Shown here piece after piece: positions 22,701 through 33,238 of a stretch of DNA of 64,000 nucleotides. This DNA is from Amphiscolops sp. MND2022 (Eukaryota). Under the pieces are notes generated by a model. It was given only the letters and a program-made list of their open reading frames with translations, was not told the origin of the DNA and searched no databases. The stretch lies in contig OZ076409.1 of assembly GCA_964187785.1 (NCBI GenBank), positions 80,788,001 to 80,852,000 of the forward strand. Direction: 5' to 3'. Made by a program: the position numbers and the translations under genes. Positions within the stretch are counted from its first letter, which is position 1, and each line of letters opens with the position of its first letter.

Positions 22701-25700
22701 CAAGGACTTTTGAGAAAACTATTTTGGTTAACGTGCTGCCCATATGTTTATTCAAAAACCTGTTAATCAAGTTTAACTCATTACACTGTTCTTTCTATAA
22801 TTCGATCATTCAGAAGGTCATCACATCTCTAATCAGCTCAAAGGCCTTAGGGTTTAATACAAAGGAATGTGGCAGATTTCGTCCCACGTGGAATTCTGAC
22901 AGATTTCGTCCCGAATTATGGGAAATTATTCTATGCTATCCACAAAATTAAGCGCTGAACGGTATAATTTATTCATTCAAAATGTGACCTCAAAATGAAT
23001 GATTATTTTCAGGTTATTTGAAAGGTCAGCATATTTGTATGGCTCGGTCGCTTCGCCAAGTAGCAACATTGGAGCATGGCCATATGGCACGTCGCTCCGC
23101 TTCGCTCCTGTGTTTAGGCCACTAGGGGTATGCCCCTGGCGCGCTAAAAGGAGGGACCCTTTTGCATTTCTTGACATCCATTGTTGCAAAACATCAAACA
23201 ATTGAAGAGGGGACCCTTTGGGATTTTTTTTGAAAAGTCTCAATACCTAAAAAAAACAAAGGGGGGACCCTTTAGTCTCCCGGTATTGTGTTACGCGAAA
23301 AACGAGGAAAGAGCAAAAACCTTTTTGGTTCAGTTCGCTTAGCCAAATGATTCAATTTGGGACCATAATATTTTGTAAAACTTTTAAGAACTATTTTTGT
23401 CAGTTCGTGTGGATTGAAAAAAAGTCTCTATAATAGTCGCGTTTCACTTCATGAAGCGCCGACTGAAAATGGGACGAAATCTGTCAAAATTCCACGTGGG
23501 TATTACAGTGCATAAACAAGCTTATTTTCTACAAACAATTTTGTGCGTGCAACCCCTTAGATTACACAGACATGTCTTTAAACGTGCAAAATTGATTGAA
23601 TTTCACTGGTTTTGTGGAAACCGAGACACCGTCAACGCATTTCTGTGGAATCCCATAACATATACTTAAAACATTAGACGTGAAAACCGAGACAGCGGTC
23701 GGCAGCTTTCTATCTTAGTTTCCACATTTCATGTTCCCGGATTCCACAAATTTATTAACCAATCAATTTGCTTGAAATTTTGATTAGAGTCTTAGAATCC
23801 ACGAAAATTTAATGTGGTGCATGGGTCGACCGGCCAATCACTCTGTGGCTGAAGCGAACATGAAGTCCACATACATTCAACTTTTCGCAGAGCCAAACCA
23901 ACGCGTCGTTCTCCGAGCCATCAAACCTTTCGAGCAACTAACGTTCGAATACGAAGATCCGGTTGCCCGCTCGGAGTTCAGCGAAAGCCAAACTTGCGTC
24001 GACGAAGAATTATACAGCCAAGAATAAGCCTTTCCGGAATGAGTTTTTCCAGCTCTGGAGGACTTATTTATCAACTTTTTAAGTATGTTGTTGAAAACAT
24101 TTTAAAACATTTAGCAATATCAGGTTTATTTATGATATATTTCATTTGTGTACTTAAAATTTCAATTTGGTGCTGAATCAATGATTTTTGAATTATTTTT
24201 GAAAATTTTGGTACCAATTTTGGGTTGAACCAACTTTTTAAATATAGGTTTTCTGATTAGAAAAACGAGGAATCCTAATCCAGTGTCAATAAAGATAAAT
24301 CGGTCTCCTTCTTCGACTCTGTGCGCAAAATGTGTTGTAACTAATGAATTTAATTCAAATCCAATTTAATTCAATAATAATTTATGAATTTTGGTTCGAC
24401 CAAAATCTTTTCCTTTCCATTCTAAGTAGTTTATCTGAACTTTATTCCAGTATCATATATTTTGAGAGGGAAATCAATAAATTTTGAAATGTCGAATCTT
24501 CTCAATTTGTGCCGAACTTGGTAGAAAAAATCCTAGATCGGCAGCTGAAAACAAAAAACCAGTACCGAAATTTTAGGTCTCTTTTAATGACATATTCTTA
24601 AAATACTATCTACATAACATTCAAAAGTATTTAATAATTTTCATGTGCCATATAAAACCATTTGGTCCCAATCACGGGTTTCCATCAGTTCAAAAGTTCT
24701 TCGAAAAAAACTTCAATACAAACAGAATTCACGTTAAAGTTCTTGAAAATACTATTTGGTACCAATCATAGGTCTTTAAGGAGGTGACCTAGGAATCAAA
24801 GAAGACTAGACTTTTTTTGAATCCAAGAGCTTAAATTGAAGAGCAATTCCAATTTTGCGGAATCTAAGTGAATCCAAGACGGTTAATTGGCTCATTAAAT
24901 ATTTCCGTGGAAAAGGAGATTTGAATTTGCGGAAACTAATATTTTCTTACTTTCCACAACATCAAAGGATGGTTTTTTCTTAGATTCCGCAAACATCAAA
25001 GAGATGGGAATTTCGTATGCGTGTCTTGGTTTCCGCAAAATTCGCAGAAAAAGCTTGTCTATGCACTGTAATGGTACAAATCTGTCATTACCATTACCAA
25101 GTCGTACCGTGATCCTTTAAAATTGACGCTGAAACAATTAATTCAGAGTCACTTCGAAGAGCTATGGGGCATCGCTTTGCATCCGAGTGGAAGCAAGTTC
25201 ATCACGTGTGGAATGGACAAACTTATCATCATGTGGGACCTCGAGACACGTCAGCCCCTGTGGACTAAAGTGTCCGAGTACCAACTTATGTGTGTGGGGC
25301 TGCACCCAACCGAGGAAGTGGGTTTGTTCGGCACAGTGTGTGGGAAATGGTTTGCTATGGATTTGGAAACTAAGGAAGTTCTCACTATGCACCCTGATTC
25401 TAAGGAACAGTATGATTGCGCAGCTTATTCACCAGGTATGAATTCCTTCTGTTATAATGTTCCTTCTGTTTCCGAGGAAGCATTTTTAGAAGCTGCTTCT
25501 GAATAACCTTGAATTATATAAAATGAAAAGGAATAGTTTAGTTCGATAAACTTTCCCGTCAATTACTGTCGTCATTAGCTCCTAACATTTGCGTCATTGC
25601 TGTGATCTGCCTTACTCTGAAAGTGAATGTGTTGATATAGTATAAAAGAGAAAAGCACTGGGAAATGTTAAAATGAAAAATAACAAAGAAAATCAAACTT

Positions 25701-27597
25701 TTGAAATAGTCCTTTCCCTCATCATAATAAAAGAATATTTGGAACCATGCATGCATTTCCAGTGATCTTTAAGCTCATCTCATCTGATAATGCCCTACAT
25801 GTCTTAATTTCTTAACTTTAGTTGTTTTGAATTTTCTTGCAATCATTTATTTTCACAGATTGTTTTTCAAGTTTTTTTTTACAATTTTAAAAAGGATGCA
25901 ACTTCGAAAGAACAATATGAGCGAGAATTATCTGAACATTTTTGGTCGGTTCATGGTGTAAAAAAGCTGCATCGGCATCCAGGTAGACGAGACGTAGTTG
26001 CTCCATTTAATTTCTTGGCCTGTTGACTGAAGCCTTAAGGTAATTACCTTTTGTTTACTACAACCACAGGCACTTGAAGTAGTAGTCATAGCTATGGCAT
26101 CAAGAATGATGTTCAATTCCCATATGATTCCATGTAAGTTGGTATCGCGTTATGTAATGAAATGTGTAGTAGAGATGAGGTTTATGTAATGATTGCGTAA
26201 TTTTTGGCTGTGTATTTTGGTGAAATGTTGGCAGGAAAAGGAGTTATGTAATGGTTGCGTAACAGTTTATGATATAACATCTCGGAGTGTATTTTGTCTA
26301 GACGGGACACTGATGGCCATTGGCAGCCATGACAACGGCATTTACGTGTACAAGGTTAGCGAGAATGGAAGGAAGTACAATAAAGTTGGTAAGTGCATCG
26401 GTCACACCAGCTTCGTTACCCACATCGACTGGTCCAGCGATAGCCAGTATTTGAGATCGAACTCTGGCGACTACGAAATTCTATACTGGACCGCCGGCAA
26501 TTGCAAACAATGCATCGATGTGCAGAGCATGCGAGATTTGGCATGGCACACGGAGACATGTGTATTGGGATACAATGTTATGGGTAAGATGATGCAATTG
26601 CTATGACTAATCAATTCAATACACGCACATGTCGATGACTAACATGAAAATCAAGTTATGTTGACAAGCCATTGCAATACCTCGGCTATTGGTGCAACTT
26701 TCTTGTTCTGCTGCTATAAAAGCTACACATTTTCGAAAAGAACCGGACATAAAATCATCTGGAATGTTTGGAGTATCCGATCTGAAATGTGCTTAAACGA
26801 AATTAAGTGATCAGAATTTTCATCAAAGTACGTGTACTTACAATGAAATTTCTTGCTGTTCATCTTTTTCAAAATTATGCGAGGTTTCCGATGGGATATC
26901 AAGCCTTTTGGTGTTTGTAGTAATGAGAAGACAAGAAGCTAAAGAAAACGGATAAATGAAGTGTCAAATTCTCAGAGCTCTGATTTTTTCCAGGAATATG
27001 GCCGGAAGGAGCCGATGGAACAGACATCAACGGCTGTGATCGTTCACATGATTTCAACTTCGTTGCTACTGCTGATGATTTCGGCAAAGTCAAGCTATTC
27101 AACTACCCCTGTTATACTCCAAAGGTACTTAGTGAACCATCCATAATGTTGCCACTCTATTATTAGTGTTTCTGTTATTAAATTTTCCAATCCTAAACTA
27201 AAGTTTTCAAACATGAACAGGCTTGACTTGTCAGATTGGCCTAAGAATGATTTGGCAATTAGTTGAAAATGCAAGTCGTTATCTTTTGCTGAATGGTAAA
27301 AACGACTGAAATTGATCATGGCGGCAAATGTTTGGTGGAATTTCTAATTAGTATAAAGGTCAAAGGTTAACGTAAGTACCAGCGAATGGAACAAGTTGTT
27401 GCTATTCAACAATATGCTCATTCCGGAAGTATTTTGCTGCTATACTATGCTGACTTAATGACTGATTTTAGGCCGCACACAAGACAGGAATGGGCCATAG
27501 CAGTCATGTGACGAGAGTGCGTTTCTTCCCAGACAACAAAACTCTGCTCTCTCTGGGCGGACAGGATTCCAGTGTGCTACTGTGGAACATCGGATGA
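10775..27597 (+). CDS. EML: Echinoderm microtubule-associated protein-like (EMAP/EML1-4 type: coiled coil, HELP motif, WD40 TAPE domain), about 846 aa
   Basis: GT-AG, phase-compatible exons: 10775-10957, 11123-11207, 11518-11658, 12072-12290, 18591-18867, 20112-20184, 20824-20925, 21239-21469, 21544-21643, 22054-22355, 25147-25435, 26302-26583, 26994-27124, 27472-27597 (2541 nt, ends TGA). Motifs: LLCLKTALADVVRRL, KMYLKGRAVTMYAP, LTLKWVMGYRGKDCRNN, VATGQVAG, PHVRIWNS, NSGDYEILYW, GIWPEGADGTDIN, GHSSHVT. An AG acceptor at 10744-45 suggests an upstream exon. Confidence 0.95.
12554..15600 (+). mobile_element. Head-to-tail cluster of Helentron-associated (HINE/DINE-1-like) non-autonomous repeats in EML intron 4
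   Basis: Units start TTT-AGTCGGCG and end GCGCCGACT + short hairpin + CTTGTT; unit ends at 13240, 13718, 14138 and 14529. Internal aagggtccccccttt / ttttcggcactgtg sub-repeats. No TSD. The right boundary is approximate. Confidence 0.7.
14715..14786 (+). pseudogene. tRNA-Glu(TTC)-like sequence (pseudo-tRNA or SINE head)
   Basis: A box TGGTCTAGTGTTAAG, loop cttttcaa, B box GTTCGAACCC. Acceptor and anticodon stems are poorly paired. Confidence 0.55.
16106..17199. mobile_element. hAT MITE containing a HINE-like insertion
   Basis: TIRs CAGGGCTGTTA / TAACAGCCCTG; perfect 8-bp TSD TTAAAGAG (16098-16105, 17200-17207). Confidence 0.9.
16204..16848 (-). mobile_element. Full-length HINE-like copy
   Basis: Reverse complement of the family: AACAAG-ccgggaccggccc-AAGTCGGCGC ... 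cttcatgaaGCGCCGACT-aaaa. Confidence 0.75.
23506..25068. mobile_element. Non-autonomous TA-flanked TIR element (Tc1/mariner-like ends)
   Basis: TA|CAGTGCATAAACAAGCTT ... AAGCTTGTCTATGCACTG|TA; no transposase ORF seen. Confidence 0.85.
23812..24027 (+). pseudogene. SET-domain C-terminal fragment carried in the TIR element
   Basis: WCMGRPANHS..ANM...RAIKPFEQLTFEYEDP matches the SET motifs (G)RxxNHS and RDIxxGEELxxDY. Confidence 0.65.
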
Positions 27598-28954
27598 TAA
27601 GCCGACAAAAATCTACAAAATCCAAGTCTGTCGATGACAAATGGTAAACTGTAAATAAAGAGTAAGCATGCCCATAAAACAATGCACTTCTCTGGAACAT
27701 GACAATGTTCGTATGATGAGACAAGGTATTACTAATCTGTCTAGAGCTCCCTTCAATTCGATAATTAAATTGAGCGAAAATTGGAATTATGTGCGGAAAT
27801 GATTTTGCTTGCATGTTTAGATGACTAAATGTTGCACCACGAAAGTGTATGATGCGAAAGAGGTGATTTTTTATTTCAAAGTTTTCAACGCAGCCACCAT
27901 CTCTCAACTGAGTAATTTAGCAAATTGATTTTGCTTTTCTACATCATTATATAATTATTAATTTATTGATTGGTGTCCAATTAATGTCCCTCATTGCGAC
28001 AGACTGCTTATGAGTAAAACAATGATTTCAAACTTCGACGGAACCTCGTATGCTCAACTTTAGGGGCTAACTGCTTACATGTTTTCAATTGTGCTTTTAC
28101 TGTTCATGTAGTAAAACGTGTATCTTCCAAAATGAGTGGAAAAAATATATTAGTTTCTTAATCAATATTATAATTTCTTTCTGATAAATGACTAGTTGAA
28201 ACTTTTCGACGAACATTTTCTCGAAGCACTCGTTGCGGAAGTTATTGGCTTGCAATGAAATCAAGCTATCATGGTTGCATTCATATCGTTGAGGAACTTC
28301 TTTCTAATGGCTACGAAATAGGATGTTTCATGAAAAAGTTCCTACGAAGTTGTGCCGAATTTCAAATGTTCCTTATTTTTTTCAGTGCTCATTCCAAAAT
28401 TTCAGTAAATTTGTATCAAAATGAAATCTAGATTTAACGAAACAATTATTAAATCTTGAGTGAGCACGGAAAAAATGAGTGACCTAATTGTGTAATTGAA
28501 AATAATTGTTCCATAATTTCAATGCTGTCATGTTTTTTACTGTCCCATGTTGTGAATACACTAACAGTGTAAAGTTTCAGCCGTGCTCTAAACATGTTTT
28601 AGTGTGATTGTTCATTTGTCCTACACTCCATTTGTAGTATTTTCTTACAACTTCATCAATCGTTCACAAAATTTTTGGATTCCAAATTAAATGTGCATCC
28701 TCCGCTGAGCATACCTACAGTAGCTGTAGAGCACTAACAATTATCAGCTACTTGCTCTTCACACATAGAAAAATGGCTGTTCTGAATTCTGGCCAGTCGC
28801 GATCGCCCGCCCGCCCACTTGCTGTGTATACCCATTAATTAGCTTTCGATGATGTCATGATCTGATGATAATGAGAACAGTAAATTAATTTACTATTTTA
28901 GCATCCTTAAGTTTTCTATCAATCTCTCGAGCACCAAAAACTAGGAATTTAGCC

Positions 28955-29475
28955 GGGAGTGACAGATTTCGTCCCACATGGAAATTTTGACAGATTTCGT
29001 CCCACACAGATTTCGTCCCATTTTTAAACATTAAAACAGATTTCGTCCCAAATAATTATTATAACGTAGTCAGCTATGTTCACATACCCCTAGTGCCCTA
29101 AATGCAGGAGCGAAGCGAAGCCGAGCGACGTGCCATATGGCCATGCCTCAATGTTGCGACTTGCGACCGAGCCATACAACAAATATGCTAACCTCTTCAA
29201 AAAAATCAAGTTCCATACATATTGGCTGTAACAGCACCGAATGAAGAATCACCGAGTAGATTATACCGATTAGCGCTTAATTTTGTGTATAGCATAGAAT
29301 AATTTCCCATACTATTAGTAATCCGGGACAAAATCTGTCAAAAATGGGACGAATCTGTCAAAAATCGGACGAAATCTGTCTGTGTGGGACGAAATCTGTC
29401 AAAAATGGGACGAAATCTGTTAAAAATGGGACGAAATCTGTCAAAATTTGACGTGGGACGAAATCTGCCACATTC
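28955..29475. mobile_element. Mutator-like MITE, intact
   Basis: Perfect 9-bp TSD AATTTAGCC (28946-28954, 29476-29484). TIRs are built from tandem cagatttcgtccc / gggacgaaatctg units. Confidence 0.9.
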
Positions 29476-30403
29476 AATTTAGCCAGTGCAGTCTTATCAA
29501 TTTCATGACAAAGTATTCTTATGCTGAAAAATACTCTCGCACTGTAGTGTTTTGCAATTCGATATAATTTGAAAGTCAAATATCAAGGGAATTTTCCTGA
29601 AAGGTCTATCTAGCAAAACTTCAACAAACTAGCGGAAAAAATACTAGAAAATTGATGCAAATCTCAAACCATGTGTTCTCCAGATCGTTATTGATGAGTT
29701 ATTTTCGTAGACTTACCTCATCCAAAATTTACACTCCTGAATGACCACTGAGCGTTAGTAGACATCTACTTATTATAAAATATGTGAACTAAGAAAGATG
29801 GTTAAAATTCAAAGTCATGTCAATATTGACAATTTCTTGAACAAAGCATGTTAACTGGGAGATACTTTGTTTTCTTCAAGCTTCTACTGAACCGATACTT
29901 CTGGTTATATACTTCTGATATATATTTTGCTGGAAACACTTCATGGGAATCATGGAGTGGAAAGTTCGATTATAAAATTTTGAAAAATTATTTCGACAAA
30001 CAACGCGATTGGGGAATATTATATATGGGTCACTCAAGAAATGCTTTAAGACAAATTATAGAAGCGCAAAAGGTAACAGTCCGAAATATCGAATGATTCC
30101 TCGGGTGAGAAAGAGGTTAATTTCCCCATTACTGCGGGTTGGACGCCGAATAAGAAGTTCTATTTTTCTAAGTCGGCACCCTTTCGGATACTATATCCCC
30201 ATAGCAAGCTATGGTTCCATATTTGCAGCCAAGTGGTCAAGCAATGGTGGGCTTGAAGCTGTGGTTTCAATGTGAATTGCTCAAGGTCACAAAGGTCTGA
30301 CTGCTCACCGTTGCTCTTTTTGTTTGGTTTTTCTCGCCAAATGCGTTATTTTTAAGCCATTGACCATACCACTAAGCTAGGGAAGAAGGACTTGCTTAAG
30401 GAC

Positions 30404-31305
30404 TGTTGAGGTGATGGCCTGAAAGGATATAGAGTAATGTCCGGTATGTGAACAGGCGATTGAACTATAAATTAGCAATGCAGCCATGAAAACTCATCGA
30501 CCTCTCGATGAGTAAACTTTGCTAATAAACACGTGCTTCCGATTACTATTTATTCGTCCTGCTAAATATTTGTTTGTAATTATCATCGACCAGAGTTGAG
30601 ATAAATTCATTACCCCAGATTTGTGATTCTAATGTTCAGTTGACTATTAACTAATCTCTAGACTAAATCCTGATCGTGATAGGTTATGTTGCCCAGAATG
30701 AATTGAACAGAGACAATTCTCGTGCAAAAGCCTGCTCATCTCAATCAACTGCTGACTGAAAAATGAAGTGGCTGTTTCTTTGGAATACAAGAAGACTTTG
30801 CAGTATGGAGTACCCGGTTCATCGCCTCTATTCAAACGAGAAATCTTTCCGAAACACTAGCTTACACAGCAGTGGAACCAGTTGAACCTGCAGCATCGGG
30901 AGACCCTCCAACGAATGAGCAGAGACTCATAGAGTTGCAACAGAGTAATTTGAAAATAATAATGAGCAATTCCGAGATGAAAAAACACTCTGTAGTGCAT
31001 GCTGGCTCTGACGCTTGATTCGACAAGTCTAATGCTGATACGACATGATTGTGTTCGAAACGATGGCCTGGGTGACGGAACCCGAGCATGGAGTCTTTCG
31101 AAAGAAAGATTCAGAAGTGAAGGATCACCACCAGTGGTGGCACTTGTATCTCAAATCGCAACTGAAACCAGACGACACATTGCAAGAGTACTTCATCAGA
31201 GCACAAGAAGTGATGACAAAGCTGAGTGATGCTGGTGGATGCATTTCGAAGACGATATTCATGACGTTGGTTCTCAATGGTCTTCCGAAGAGATTCGAAT
31301 TTCGT
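30404..31305 (+). mobile_element. Copia (Ty1) relic: probable 5' LTR, PBS and frameshifted gag
   Basis: Candidate LTR TGTTGA (30404) to 30681 with AATAAA; PBS-like GGTTATGTTGCCCAG (30682-30696). Gag pieces EDFAVWSTRFIA, LTLDSTSLMLIRHD..GDGTRAW and LQEYFIRAQEV..L..AG..IS....TLVLNGLP (Copia UBN2-type gag). Confidence 0.75.
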
Positions 31306-31323
31306 GGTAACAAGGACCAACAA

Positions 31324-31448
31324 TGGTGAGTTGAGAGAGATTCGAACTTGATTCCGCTCCAGTACAGGCCGAAAGCTCTAACCACGACGCCATGCTCCCC
31401 ATGACCACTACGCCATGCTCCCCATCTAACCACTACGCCATGCTTCCT
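31324..31448 (-). pseudogene. tRNA-like sequence or SINE head with a triplicated 5' A-box segment
   Basis: Minus strand reads GGGGAGCATGGCGTCGTGGTTAGAGC...CTGTAC...GTTCGAATC...CACCA (31400 to 31324). Two further copies of the 5' 20 nt lie at 31404-31423 and 31429-31448. Confidence 0.55.
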
Positions 31449-33238
31449 CGGTAGAGCTGTTTGAAAATTAAGCGAACGTTGAAAACTTTCGCAGAAGAAA
31501 ATTCGACTAAACGACCCGACATCATATCAGAGCAACAAATAAGTTTCTAAAACTTGAAAATTGAAAATTCAATCGAGCCCTTGAAAGTCTGCTTTTTTGC
31601 AAAATTTGCTGTTGCAAACTCATGCCCTAGCTGAAGTTGTTCACCCATAAAATTCAACTGACAAACTCAGTTTCGTGCAATATGTTTTTGTAGAGATTTT
31701 TGGTTGACCCCAAAAAGACCAGGTTGTCACCAGATTTTAAAATACTAATGATTTTGTACATATACAAAAACTAGTGTTTTAGTGAATGCAGTGAAGGAAC
31801 ATTTTCGAAGATTAAAAAAATCTTAAAACGTTCTTAAACGAGCAAACCGGCGATTCAAGACGTTTTTTTCAAGAAAATTTCAAAAAGTTTGGATGAAAAG
31901 TAACTCAAAATGATCCCAAAATTACCAGAAATGTCCAAAGCTTCAAGAAGTTCAACATTTTGAAAACGTTTTATACAATTTTCATCAGATTAAAACAATT
32001 TGAGTCTAGAAAAAACAAAAAGTTCCAAGACGAACAGAGTAGCTATCCAAGATACTCTTTTCAAGAGCAATAGAGAATTGTGATGAAAAAGTGTTTCAAA
32101 ATTACCCCACAAAATCTAAAAATGTGACAAAAATTACAGATTTTTAATGTTTTTTTTTGCAATTTCAGAAGATTTTTGAGCATTTTCGTTAAGAAGATCA
32201 TATAAATTCCAGGCCAGAAAACCAGCTGTACAAAACACTTTTTGGAAAAGAAATTCGGAAAGCTTTATTTGAAATTGTCTAAACATCAACCCAAAGAGCA
32301 TAAAATTTCAAAAGTTTCCATTTCTGACGTTCTGAAAGCAATTTTGGAACTGACTTTGAACTCTCGAAATATTAGAACATTCTGAAAACTCAACAACGGA
32401 TCGGTGCTATACCGTACGCTAGCTATCCGGCACAAGGAGTAACCTGACGTTTTTTACCAAGCCAGCCCCAGTCGTTTCGCTCAAGTTTCAAAAAACAAAG
32501 TTTCGTACAAAAGCAAAGGACGCTTTTGTTTAAGTTTTATCCACTTCTCTGTGCCGAGAAAATTTGAAGGGATATACATAAGACGCTAAAACCACTTTTT
32601 CAACAACTGGAAGCAAAAATCATTATTTGATTACGCAGTTTTTAAAGTATTCTTTTCGGAAAAAGTATCAGTGACAAAAATGGTGTTTTAAACTCGCAAA
32701 ACGCTTTTTAGGTTAAAAACGTTCATGAAACGGAAGGGGATAAACTTGACTAAACACTTTTGTTGGAAGGTAAGTTGCACTGTGCAGAAAGATCCCGTAT
32801 GTCTTTTCCACAATTATTGAGAAATCTCTCATCAGTTTTCTCCAATTTTTTTCAAGTCTTGAATTGCAATGCGCCGAAACAATCCCAACGTGACTCTCTA
32901 TGCCTGCAAAACGCCTTGCTCCTGCTAAAAAACACGAGGGGCACTTCGTTCGAAAAAAATTGAAAAGAAGTCGCTATTGCCGACTTTATGGGTTAGAGCA
33001 TCCATCCACAGGTTTCTATTGCGGCACAAACTGCTCATTAAGCCAAAAAACTGGCGTTGTTTGTTTGAAAGATGCAGTTATGTCTCTCAAAAAGTCGATT
33101 CAAAGCTTTGATCATTTCCATCAATGCCTATTCGAAAACTCAACTACAAAAAAGTAGCAAAAATGCTTGACACTTCCTTTCATTTTCTGACAATCTGTTT
33201 AAGTTTTTGTCCAAATATTCAAGGTATTTTCGTGGGTA

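Larger units (their letters stand above)
22865..25092. mobile_element. Mutator-like MITE (same family as 28955-29475, opposite orientation) split by two insertions
   Basis: Left TIR GAATGTGGCAGATTTCGTCCCAC; right-end remnant aaatctgtcattacc ending at 25092; flanks AATACAAAG / ATTACCAAG match at 7/9. Contains a HINE-like piece (about 23133-23464) and a TA element (23506-25068). Confidence 0.7.

Noticed and set aside
28377..28475. Short imperfect inverted repeat
   Set aside because: Only ~25-bp arms, partly poly-T/A, and no TSD; cannot be classified.
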